Positions 9,049-17,478 of a stretch of DNA of 64,000 bases are shown one piece after another. Both the position numbers and the translations under genes were made by a program. The stretch's first letter is position 1. Each line of letters opens with the position of its first letter. The stretch lies in the NCBI GenBank assembly GCA_965262425.1, contig OZ253536.1:4688115-4752114 (forward strand), read 5' to 3'. This DNA is from Terriglobia bacterium. Lineage in GTDB: Bacteria; Acidobacteriota; Terriglobia; 20CM-2-55-15. The notes under the pieces are model-generated. The model did no database searches, was not told the origin of the DNA, and saw only the letters and a list, made by a program, of their open reading frames with translations.

Positions 9049-9423
9049 CTACTTAATGTTGAGTGGCGTCTCAGGATTTCGGTGAAACCCGCCCTCGCAT
9101 ACGCATCTGGCGGACAACATGCCACTATAATCATGTCGCCAACCACGCGCAACTCCTCTTTTCCCCGGCACTCCATAGCTAGCGAATTTCAGAGCCAGGA
9201 CACCGAGGTCGGTTTTCAGGACGATGAACATGAAGCCGGTGATCGCCAGAGTTACCATGAACTCGGCGTCGAGACTGGCGCCGTGGACCGACGCCACCTC
9301 GGGAAGCCACCAGCCGCGTTGGGCGAAAAACCAGACTGAGAAGATGGACAGCGCGACGAGGAACACCAGCAGCAACATGCCCTGCAGGGTGAAGCCGGCG
9401 CTCCGGGATTCTTTCGGTTCCAT
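9049..9423 (-). CDS. Small 2-TM membrane protein resembling the N-terminal TM hairpin of heme-copper oxidase subunit II (coxB-like stub); possible gene remnant
   Basis: ...WWLPEVASVHGASLDAEFMVTLAITGFMFIVL... matches the conserved lPxxAST...D.lF.fil TM1/TM2 region of CoxB. No cupredoxin domain follows. Confidence 0.35.
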   Translation of the reverse strand: MEPKESRSAGFTLQGMLLLVFLVALSIFSVWFFAQRGWWLPEVASVHGASLDAEFMVTLAITGFMFIVLKTDLGVLALKFASYGVPGKRGVARGWRHDYSGMLSARCVCEGGFHRNPETPLNIK

Positions 9424-9918
9424 GATTCCTTTCCCTAGTCTGTATACAAGGGGGAGTCGTGTTTAAGCATAAGAACAGGCGTTCGAGATGTAGAACGCCA
9501 AAAGATCCTTGAAGCAAGACGGATGCCGCTCGCCGACCCGGGGCGTGATAGTGACTTAAGCTGCTTATTCAAAGGGCGTTTTTGTGTTGGCGTTCCCATC
9601 GGTCCGGCTGAGCCGGACATTAGCAAGTCCCGGCCTTTGTCTTCGTGACGTTGCCGTCCGCGTGTTCAGGTTTTCGGACGACAGATTGGCATCCTTTCCC
9701 CGATCTGAACACGATGAACCGTGTCCGCACTTTTGGCCCGACTATCGACTACCGAACCCCTGCATGTTCCACGGGACTCACAAATCCGAAAAACGCATGA
9801 AATCTGAAAAATCAGGTTAGAATAGGCCACGAATGAACAGACGTTCGGGATGTGACCACCGGAAGGAAGGGCTTCTGAGGAGTTCGGGTAGAGTGTTTAA
9901 GAGTGGGGCGAGGACCGC

Positions 9919-10503
9919 TTGATGCCTAGTCGGATCTTCGTCGGTAACCTCCCCTATGACGCGACGGAAGTCGAACTGAAGGCTCATTTCGCCCAAGCGG
10001 GACCTGTGTCGCGTGTCTTCATTCCCCTCGACCGGGAGACCGGCAGGGTTCGGGGGTTCGCCTTTATCGAGTTTCCCGACCCTGCGCACGCCGCGCAAGC
10101 GATACAGCAGCTCCACCAGCAGCCTTTTAAAGACCGCCCGCTGGTTGTGAACGAAGCCCGTCCAAGCGAGGCTCGTGGTCCTGGCGCGGGTCCTCGTCCT
10201 GCGGGCCCTCGTCCTGCGGGCCGTCCTCCATCGGGTCCGCCCAGACCCTTCCGGCCTGAAGCGCGAGAAAGAACGACCGTCGGCGGATCGGATCGGCCGG
10301 CTGCCCGTAAGGCAAGCCCTTCGCGTCCAAGACGCCGGGGGAAACGGAGTCCCTGGGATGATGGACCCAAGAAAGAACCGCTCAAGGAAAAAATCGGGGG
10401 GCGCTTCTTCGGCGGGGACGATGACGCCGATGAAGAAGAAGCGGAAGATGCCGAATTTGATGATTTCGCTACCGGCTTGCCGGATTCCGACGAAGAAAGT
10501 TAG
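9919..10503 (+). CDS. RNA-binding protein with an N-terminal RRM domain and a Pro/Arg-rich, then acidic, low-complexity tail
   Basis: RNP1-like RGFAFIEF and RNP2-like IFVGNLPY motifs are present. The tail contains GPRPAGPRPAG encoded by a 15-nt tandem repeat. Confidence 0.8.
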   Translation: MMPSRIFVGNLPYDATEVELKAHFAQAGPVSRVFIPLDRETGRVRGFAFIEFPDPAHAAQAIQQLHQQPFKDRPLVVNEARPSEARGPGAGPRPAGPRPAGRPPSGPPRPFRPEARERTTVGGSDRPAARKASPSRPRRRGKRSPWDDGPKKEPLKEKIGGRFFGGDDDADEEEAEDAEFDDFATGLPDSDEES

Positions 10504-10561
10504 ACCGTTCGTGCCTGATTCGGTCTTGATCCAAACCGAACTACAAGATAATCCGTCTCAC

Positions 10562-12001
10562 TTGAATTCGGACGGGAGAGTACCGCCACGGGCTTCGGGG
10601 GGAAAGAGGTGCTCTTTCGGAGCGGTAATCTTGTCGGTAGTTTTCAGTGTGGTGTTCCTCGAGGCTCAGTTGACCGGGCAGAACGCGCTATTCGAACTGA
10701 ACCAGTCGATTGCCCTCCTCACGGAGCGAGTCGCTCCAAGCGTTGTCCAGATCGAGAGCACCTCCTATGCCCCGGCCTCCCCGGCGCGCGGCGCCTCTGT
10801 TGTGGCTCTACGTCCGACTATGGGGTCGGGGGTAATCTGGAGCTCGGACGGGCTGATCGTCACGAACGCCCACGTCGTAGCGGGGGCGGCCCGGGTACAG
10901 GTGCGTCTGCCCGCGGTGGAAGGAACTCCGGGCGGGAGCGTGTTGCCTCCCAGGGGCAGGCGGTTGCCGGCGGAGATTGTGGGGCTGGACCTCGAAACGG
11001 ACCTGGCCCTGCTCAGAGTCGATGTTCAAGGGTTGCCCGCTCTGGAGTTTGCCGATTCCGAGCAAGTGCGCCAGGGCCAGATCGTACTCGCCCTCGGGAG
11101 CCCTCTGGGCTTGGAGAACTCAGTGAGCATGGGAGTCATCAGTTCGGTCGCCCGGCAGTTCGAACCTGATGATCGAGTGATATATCTCCAAACTGATGCG
11201 CCGATCAATCCCGGCAACAGCGGGGGGCCGCTAGTCGATGTCAACGGGCACGTTGTAGGCATCAACACGATGATCCTGTCTCAATCCGGCGGCAGCGACG
11301 GTGTTGGCCTGGCGGTGGTCAGCAACATCGTGCTTTCCGTGGTGCGGCAACTGCGTGACCATGGTGTGTTTACACGAGGGGAGATTGGTGTTGAAGCGCA
11401 GACGATCACGCCGCATCTCACCGCAGGGCTGGATCTTGGCCGCGACCATGGCGTGGTGCTCGCCGATGTCTATCCGGGAGGGGCGGCTTACGGGGCCGGT
11501 CTCCGAGTCGGCGATATCGTTCTGGCCTTGAATGGAAAGCCGATGGAAAATGCCCGGCAGTTCTACGTGAACGTATACGGTTACGTGGCGAACAGGGTTG
11601 TGAATCTGGAGGTCCTTCGGGGCGATGAACAACTGAGTAAGTCCGTGGCGGTGCGAGTTCGTTCGGACGACCCGGAACGTGTCGCCGGCATGTTCGACAA
11701 GGAACAGCGCCTGGTGCCACGCCTCGGCATTCTGGGGGTCGGTGTCGACGAGAGTGTCAGCCGCCTGTTGCCGGTATTGAGAAGACCTGGCGGGATTCTT
11801 GTTACGAGGCTGGCCGCATCAGCCCGGGCGCCGACAGGACTGTTTCTACCCGGTGACGTCATTTACAGCGTTAACAACAGGTATCTCGAAACCCTGGATG
11901 AACTGTCGGCCGTAATCGACGCCTACGAACCGGGTGATGTTGTTGTCCTTCAGATTGAGCGTGGAGGTCGTCTTTCATTCATAGAGGTTCAACTGGACTA
12001 G
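10562..12001 (+). CDS. HtrA/DegP-family periplasmic serine protease with two PDZ domains (start uncertain, possibly TTG at 10562)
   Basis: Catalytic triad contexts TNAHVV, DLALL and GNSGGPL are present, with two C-terminal PDZ-like segments and a signal-peptide-like VILSVVFSVVFLEAQ. The ORF-track frame is open from 10175, but that overlaps the RRM gene and is judged an artefact. Confidence 0.8.
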   Translation: MNSDGRVPPRASGGKRCSFGAVILSVVFSVVFLEAQLTGQNALFELNQSIALLTERVAPSVVQIESTSYAPASPARGASVVALRPTMGSGVIWSSDGLIVTNAHVVAGAARVQVRLPAVEGTPGGSVLPPRGRRLPAEIVGLDLETDLALLRVDVQGLPALEFADSEQVRQGQIVLALGSPLGLENSVSMGVISSVARQFEPDDRVIYLQTDAPINPGNSGGPLVDVNGHVVGINTMILSQSGGSDGVGLAVVSNIVLSVVRQLRDHGVFTRGEIGVEAQTITPHLTAGLDLGRDHGVVLADVYPGGAAYGAGLRVGDIVLALNGKPMENARQFYVNVYGYVANRVVNLEVLRGDEQLSKSVAVRVRSDDPERVAGMFDKEQRLVPRLGILGVGVDESVSRLLPVLRRPGGILVTRLAASARAPTGLFLPGDVIYSVNNRYLETLDELSAVIDAYEPGDVVVLQIERGGRLSFIEVQLD

Positions 12002-12639
12002 TGTCGTCCCGAACGAAGCCGCCCCGATTCGTTCTCGGAGTCGACCTGGACGGCGTCTGTGCGGATTTTTACGGCGGCCTTCGACCGATCGCGGCCGAGT
12101 GGCTGGGAGTCCCTCCCGATACACTGCCGGCAAACGTCAGTCACGGCTTGACCGAATGGGGTATCGACCGCGCTCCGGGTGGATACGAAGCGCTTCACCG
12201 TTTTGCGGTGACTCAGCGCAACCTCTTTCGGGAACTCCAACCCCTCGATCGCGCTCCGGTGACGTTGCGGTCTCTTTCGGGCCACGACGTCCGAATCCGA
12301 ATCATCACCAACAGGCTCTTCATCAAGCATTTTCACAAGGAAGCCGTCCAGCAGACAATCGAATGGCTGGACCACTACGATATCCCATACTGGGATCTCT
12401 GTTTCATGAGGGACAAGGCGGCGGTCGGTGCCGACCTGTACCTTGAAGATGCACCCGAAAATATCGAGCAGCTTCGAACCGACGGCCATCCCACGATCGT
12501 TTTTTCGAACTCGACGAACCTGCATCTGGACGGTCCAAGGGCGGCTTCCTGGGAAGACGTCGAGAGTCTCGTGCTGAAGGAGCTGGGAGCCTGGAGTCAG
12601 GCCCAACAAGGGGGAGGAAAGCAACTCTCCGGGGAGTAG
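12001..12639 (+). CDS. HAD-superfamily 5'(3')-deoxyribonucleotidase-like protein
   Basis: LGVDLDGVCADF (DxDGV motif I) and an overall NT5C/YorS-like layout. GTG start overlapping the protease stop. Confidence 0.55.
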   Translation: MSSRTKPPRFVLGVDLDGVCADFYGGLRPIAAEWLGVPPDTLPANVSHGLTEWGIDRAPGGYEALHRFAVTQRNLFRELQPLDRAPVTLRSLSGHDVRIRIITNRLFIKHFHKEAVQQTIEWLDHYDIPYWDLCFMRDKAAVGADLYLEDAPENIEQLRTDGHPTIVFSNSTNLHLDGPRAASWEDVESLVLKELGAWSQAQQGGGKQLSGE

Positions 12640-12697
12640 AACTCGTGTCTGAGCAGTTTTCGAATACACTAATTGTCTTCGAACGGGAAAACACCTG

Positions 12698-14188
12698 ATG
12701 TCCAAATCAGTCACCCGGGACCCGACGCTCCTGCAGTCGCTAATTCCCGTCGCCCTGCTCATCGTGATGCTATGGGCGTCAGTGCGTCTTTTCGGCGATG
12801 GCTCTTCGTCCGGGCCGAACCAGATGGCATTGCTGCTCGCCGCGGCGGCCGCCGTTCTGGTGGGGATGTGGAACGGTCACAAGTGGGACGATCTGCAGGA
12901 GGGGATGATCCAGGGCGTGTCGATCTCGATGGGGGCTATTTTTATCCTTTTCACGGTGGGTTCTTTGATCGGGACCTGGATCATGGCCGGTATCGTTCCG
13001 GCGATGATCTATTACGGACTGTTACTGCTGCACCCTTCGATCTTCTATCTGGCGACTGTCCTGATTTGCGCGGTCGTGTCGATCGCCACCGGCAGCTCCT
13101 GGACCACTGCGGGGACCGTCGGTGTCGCGTTGATCGGAATTGCCGGCGCCCTGGACGTGAGTCTCGCCATTGCGGCCGGCGCCGTGATTTCGGGTTCTTA
13201 CTTCGGGGACAAGCTTTCTCCGCTGTCGGACACAACCAATCTGGCTCCCGCCATGACGGGGACGGATCTGTTTACGCATATCCGCCACCTGTTGTGGACA
13301 ACCATCCCCGCTCTGGTAATCGCCTGCATCCTGTTCCTCATTCTTGGCTTGCGGGACGTTGGGGCCGAGGGAGGTGATCTTCAACCTTTCATGGATTCTC
13401 TGTCCGGCCAGTTCGACATGGGATGGCACTTGATGATTCCACCAGCGATCGTCCTGTTCATGGTGGCCAAGAGAGTTCCGGCGTTGCCGGCGCTGCTGGC
13501 CGGGGCTCTTATTGGAGGTGTGTTTGCCGTTGTCTTCCAGCAGGATGCCGTCCTGAGGTTTGTCGACAGTCCGGAACTGGCCCGGCCCGTGGCCCTCCTG
13601 AAAGGCTTCTGGATTTCGCTGTTTGACGGCTTTAGTTCGGATACCGGCAACGAGCGTCTCGACGACCTGTTGACACGGGGTGGAATGTCGTCGATGCTCA
13701 CCACGGTGTGGCTTATCCTCACCGCGATGATTTTCGGCTCGGTGATGGAGAGGACGGGTAAGCTTTCCAGGATTGCGGCGACGATCCTGGCTTCAGCCCA
13801 GAGTACGGGATCTTTGATATTTGCGACGATTGTAACCGCGATCGGCACGAACATCGTGGCATCGGATCAGTACATTTCCATTGTGCTTCCCGGAAGGATG
13901 TTTCGGGCGGAATTCGAAAAACGAAAGCTGCATCCGAAAAACCTTTCTCGTTGCCTGGAAGATGCCGGGACGATGACTTCTTCGCTGGTGCCCTGGAACA
14001 CCGGCGGCGCCTACATGGCAGGCACCCTCGGCGTGCCGACCTTGGCCTACCTGCCGTTCTGCTTCGTCAACCTGTTGAGCCCCGTGATTTCCGCGATCTA
14101 CGGATTCACAGGCTTCACGATAGAAAAGCTCGAAGAGTCACCCCCGCCGGCCGACCTGGCCGCACGCCAATTTGCTTCTAACGACTGA
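12698..14188 (+). CDS. nhaC: Na+/H+ antiporter NhaC family
   Basis: 496 aa with about 12 TM helices. N-terminal half ...WNGHKWDDLQEGMIQGVSISMGAIFILFTVGSLIGTW... is typical of NhaC. Confidence 0.8.
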   Translation: MSKSVTRDPTLLQSLIPVALLIVMLWASVRLFGDGSSSGPNQMALLLAAAAAVLVGMWNGHKWDDLQEGMIQGVSISMGAIFILFTVGSLIGTWIMAGIVPAMIYYGLLLLHPSIFYLATVLICAVVSIATGSSWTTAGTVGVALIGIAGALDVSLAIAAGAVISGSYFGDKLSPLSDTTNLAPAMTGTDLFTHIRHLLWTTIPALVIACILFLILGLRDVGAEGGDLQPFMDSLSGQFDMGWHLMIPPAIVLFMVAKRVPALPALLAGALIGGVFAVVFQQDAVLRFVDSPELARPVALLKGFWISLFDGFSSDTGNERLDDLLTRGGMSSMLTTVWLILTAMIFGSVMERTGKLSRIAATILASAQSTGSLIFATIVTAIGTNIVASDQYISIVLPGRMFRAEFEKRKLHPKNLSRCLEDAGTMTSSLVPWNTGGAYMAGTLGVPTLAYLPFCFVNLLSPVISAIYGFTGFTIEKLEESPPPADLAARQFASND

Positions 14189-14200
14189 CGGAGAATATCG

Positions 14201-14644
14201 ATGGCATGGATCCTGGTATTGATTGCCCTCACAGTGGGGGTCGTTCTTCCCGCTCAGGCGGGAATAAACTCGCAACTCCGCGTTTGGCTCGGCCATCCGA
14301 TCCAGGCAGCCCTGGTCTCGTTTACGGTGGGTGCGCTGGCCCTGGCTACGATCTCCGTGGCGTTGCGCCTGTCCTGGCCAAGCGTGGATCATGTCGGTGC
14401 CGCGCCCTGGTGGGTTTGGGTCGGAGGCATCTTCGGAGCGACCTACGTTTCAATGGCCGTTGTCCTGGCACCCCGTCTTGGAGCCGCCACACTCATCGGA
14501 GCCAGCGTCGCGGGTCAACTTGTCGGTTCGCTCCTCATGGATCACTACGGTGCTGTCGGGTATGCCGTTCGTCCCTTGAGCCCGGAACGTATCGTTGGTG
14601 CGGGATTGCTCCTGCTCGGCGTCTTTTTGATTCAGAAATTCTGA
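14201..14644 (+). CDS. DMT-superfamily small membrane transporter (DUF606/YdcZ-like)
   Basis: 147 aa with 4-5 TM helices and a ...LPAQAGINSQLR... N-terminus typical of the DUF606 family. GGAGAA SD. Confidence 0.55.
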   Translation: MAWILVLIALTVGVVLPAQAGINSQLRVWLGHPIQAALVSFTVGALALATISVALRLSWPSVDHVGAAPWWVWVGGIFGATYVSMAVVLAPRLGAATLIGASVAGQLVGSLLMDHYGAVGYAVRPLSPERIVGAGLLLLGVFLIQKF

Positions 14645-14661
14645 AACAGGTGAGAACAGAG

Positions 14662-14778
14662 GAGTCCGAAGTCCGAGGTCCAAGGGCGGGAATGGTTAGC
14701 ACCGCGGTTGGCCTGTAGCAATCAGCGCCCAGGCCCCGACCTCAGACTTCGGACCTAGGATTTCGGACCTCGGACTGG
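14662..14778. repeat. Long imperfect inverted repeat (gagtccgaagtccgaggtcc ... gacctcagacttcggacc / ggacctcggact) with a spacer of about 57 nt
   Basis: Seen directly. It lies between the DUF606 transporter and the DinB-like gene. It may be a terminator or a structured RNA. Confidence 0.5.
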
Positions 14779-14826
14779 AAACCAACCGCCAATAGTTTCT
14801 TGCCCGACACAAAGGAAAACATTCAC

Positions 14827-15297
14827 ATGCCAAACGATGAAGCACTGAGACAACACGTGATCGACCTGCTCAAGAGCGGCCATGCGCACGTCGATTTCGA
14901 TTCGGTGATAAAGGACTGGAAGCCCGAACTCCGCGGGGCGAAGGCTGCCGGCTTCAACCACTCTCCCTGGCAGCTACTTGAACATCTCCGAATCTCACAA
15001 TGGGACATCCTGGGGTTCTCGAAGAGTGCCGATCACATATCGCCCACCTATCCGGACGGTTACTGGCCCGACGGGGAGGTTCCGCCCGATGAAGCGACGT
15101 GGGACCGAAGCGTCGAGCAGTTTGTTCGAGACCATGGATCCATGCAAGGCCTGGTACTCGACACGTCGATTCATCTGTTTGAGCGAATACCCCATGGAGA
15201 CGGCCAGACCATCTTGAAGGAGGCACTGACCCTGGCCGACCACAATGCGTACCACATCGGCCAGTTGATGGTTCTGCGGAAACAGCTCGGCGTCTGA
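14827..15297 (+). CDS. DinB/YfiT-like (DinB_2) putative metal-dependent protein
   Basis: About 156 aa with His-rich motifs (HAHVDF, LEHLRISQWD, DHNAYHIGQL) typical of the DinB_2 four-helix-bundle family. ATG at 14827 with an AAGGAAAA SD. Confidence 0.4.
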   Translation: MPNDEALRQHVIDLLKSGHAHVDFDSVIKDWKPELRGAKAAGFNHSPWQLLEHLRISQWDILGFSKSADHISPTYPDGYWPDGEVPPDEATWDRSVEQFVRDHGSMQGLVLDTSIHLFERIPHGDGQTILKEALTLADHNAYHIGQLMVLRKQLGV

Positions 15298-15343
15298 TTT
15301 ATACGATGACAGCTGCTACGGGTTGCACACCGGAACAGTTTTT

Positions 15344-15478
15344 GACGCAGAGACGCAGAGACGCAGAGGGTACATTTGTTTAAGAAAGCCGTGTGTACTT
15401 CCCGCTGGAACTGAGCGCGAACGGTGTAGCGGATAGAGAAATGAAATATCAACTCTGCGTCTTTGCGTCTCTGCGTCG
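15344..15478. repeat. Palindromic extragenic element, family GACGCAGAG (copy 2). It has 3 GACGCAGAG units, an 83-nt spacer, then 3 CTGCGTC units.
   Basis: gacgcagagacgcagagacgcagag ... ctctgcgtctttgcgtctctgcgtcga. The 3' arm is identical to the copy at 343-367. Confidence 0.6.
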
Positions 15479-15509
15479 ATAATCCGTATCAATCTGGCAG
15501 AATATCAGG

Positions 15510-16220
15510 CTAAAAAAGCAACGTAAGGCCGACTCGCCCGGCCACCAGGATGAGCCACGGGATCAAGACCCCGATGGTCCGGGTGATCACCGACGTTCGG
15601 TTCGGGGCCACGTTCCTGTAGGCGATGATCAGGAGGATCAGCACCCAGAAAGTAATCAGATCCAGTGACTGCGCGATGGCGAAAACCGTTCGCGAAACCT
15701 CCGTTGGATCGAGGAATGCCGACGGCGCGATTCCTCCCAGTTCCTGAGGATTGATCGCGGATGACGGTATGAAGAGAACCATCATTGTTGCCGCGACGTT
15801 TCGAATCAGCAATGGCAGCATCGCGAAGGAGGTGAGCGAGAAGAATTTGCCGTATTTTGCCGAACTACCCAGGATCATGAAGATCCCGAAGTATATTCCC
15901 GACAGAACGACAATGAGCACCGTCGGTCCAACCAGGGCCCCTGCGAATCCGATGTATCGCACGGCAGGGTTGTTCAATCTCTCGACGAACTGTTCCTTCT
16001 GCTCTTCGGTCAGGTTCGCACCCTGAGGAGACTGTTCCATAGCGCGAAGCGCCATTTCCGCAGAATCGACGGTCGCCGTGATCACGCCTGCCGAGATCAG
16101 CCCGACTATCGTCAGGACAAGGATTGCCGCCCAGGGACGAACCGGGGATTCGGCAATTTCCTCGAACGCAGATCCAGGGCTCCAGAACGTCTTGAATACC
16201 AGCACGAAACCTTTCATCAT
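15510..16220 (-). CDS. Yip1-domain polytopic membrane protein (hypothetical)
   Basis: 236 aa with 5 TM helices and Yip1-like topology. It is the last gene of the ABC-efflux operon. Confidence 0.35.
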   Translation of the reverse strand: MMKGFVLVFKTFWSPGSAFEEIAESPVRPWAAILVLTIVGLISAGVITATVDSAEMALRAMEQSPQGANLTEEQKEQFVERLNNPAVRYIGFAGALVGPTVLIVVLSGIYFGIFMILGSSAKYGKFFSLTSFAMLPLLIRNVAATMMVLFIPSSAINPQELGGIAPSAFLDPTEVSRTVFAIAQSLDLITFWVLILLIIAYRNVAPNRTSVITRTIGVLIPWLILVAGRVGLTLLF

Positions 16221-16261
16221 TCCTCACAGTCCCGAAATTAAGGACGTATGATCCGATAGCG

Positions 16262-17473
16262 TCACGAGGATCGCTCGACAATCTCGACACCGTCGACGAC
16301 ATCGTCGCTCGGATGTTCGATCACCGGGTCGGATTCCGAAAGCCCGGAAAGTACCTGGGCCTCCAGGCCGTTTCTTTGCCCGATTTGAACAATGCGCAGG
16401 ACCGCCCGGCCGTCCGTGACAGTGAACACCGCCCAGTCGTCCCCGGATCGGAACAGGCTGCTGGTTGGAATTTTCAAGGTCGCTTCGACCTCCCAGATGA
16501 CAACGCGGACCTCGACGCGGAACGCATCTCCGAGATACTCGGCGGCTTTGGCGGGATCGTCGAAATCGACGATCACGTTGACTCGCTGCTCCTCGACGCC
16601 GAGCGCGGAAAGCTTGGTAAAGCCGGACGGTTCGACCAGTCGCACACGGCCTGGAAGACTCATCCCGCCGCCCCACTGTTCGATCAATACTTTGTACCCG
16701 CTACGGACCTTGACGGCGTCTTCGGAGAGCAGGTCGGAGACTATTTCAAGCTGGTTGATGTCTCCGATCTCTACCAGCGGCTCACCCGCCGGGACAACGG
16801 CTTCGCTTTCACGAAGGCGGCGCAGGACTACGCCTTCGATGGGAGAACGGATCGTGATCGGTTGGGTGGGGTGGGTTTCCCCGGAGGTATCCCGGGCCGT
16901 TTCCAGAAGCCTGGCCCTGGCGACTTCCAAAGCCTGCTCCCGGTCGCGCACTTCGAAGTCGGCGGCTCTCGAGGCCTCTTGTTTACTTCGAGCCTCGAAC
17001 TCGATCGTGTCGAGGCGCTCCCTCGCCACGAGTCCTTGTTCGGCCAGTTCCTCGTAGCGTTCCACCTGAGAGTTCGCAAAAGCGAGTTCCTCGCGGACTC
17101 GATCCCTGGTGGCCTCAACCCGCCCCAGTTCCGCTTCGGCCACGCGAACCCGAGCTTCCGCTTCGGTCCGGGTGCGCAGGTCCAGTAACGCCGGTTCGGA
17201 TGGAAGGAAACTCGCGATGGCCGTCCGACCCGCGCGGACCGGGTCCCCGGGTTCGAGGTCGATCCTCAGGACCCGCCCGGCCACTGGGGCGGAAACGACG
17301 AACCGATCGTGAATCCGGGTTTCGCCCTCTTCATCGATCGTCACCCGCATGGGTCCCCGGATCGCTTCGGCAAAGTCCGCGGCCACCGGCTGTGGCCGGA
17401 ACGAGTACATAAGTGCCGCGCCGATCGCGGCCAGAACGATGACCAGAAACAGTTTTTTGAGAAAGCGTTTCAT
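16262..17473 (-). CDS. Efflux-transporter periplasmic adaptor (HlyD/MacA-family membrane fusion protein)
   Basis: N-terminal TM anchor, long coiled-coil Ala/Glu/Arg-rich hairpin, and a beta-barrel C-terminal domain. It is adjacent to the FtsX permease and the ATPase. Confidence 0.8.
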   Translation of the reverse strand: MKRFLKKLFLVIVLAAIGAALMYSFRPQPVAADFAEAIRGPMRVTIDEEGETRIHDRFVVSAPVAGRVLRIDLEPGDPVRAGRTAIASFLPSEPALLDLRTRTEAEARVRVAEAELGRVEATRDRVREELAFANSQVERYEELAEQGLVARERLDTIEFEARSKQEASRAADFEVRDREQALEVARARLLETARDTSGETHPTQPITIRSPIEGVVLRRLRESEAVVPAGEPLVEIGDINQLEIVSDLLSEDAVKVRSGYKVLIEQWGGGMSLPGRVRLVEPSGFTKLSALGVEEQRVNVIVDFDDPAKAAEYLGDAFRVEVRVVIWEVEATLKIPTSSLFRSGDDWAVFTVTDGRAVLRIVQIGQRNGLEAQVLSGLSESDPVIEHPSDDVVDGVEIVERSS

Positions 17474-17478
17474 CTCTC

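Noticed and set aside
10175-10561. A 608-aa ORF-track ORF starting at 10175 that would give the HtrA protease a 130-aa N-terminal extension overlapping the RRM gene
   Set aside because: The extension is Arg/Pro/Ala-rich low-complexity sequence. It is read in an alternate frame of the GC-rich RRM tail and has no ATG after 10503. The protease homology and a signal-peptide-like segment begin only around 10562-10640.
288-15478. Tandem short repeats (GACGCAGAG, CACGAAG) as a possible CRISPR array
   Set aside because: The units are 7-9 nt, directly abutting or separated by 1-6 nt, and arranged as inverted arms of a hairpin. There are no 25-40-nt repeats with unique spacers and no cas genes.
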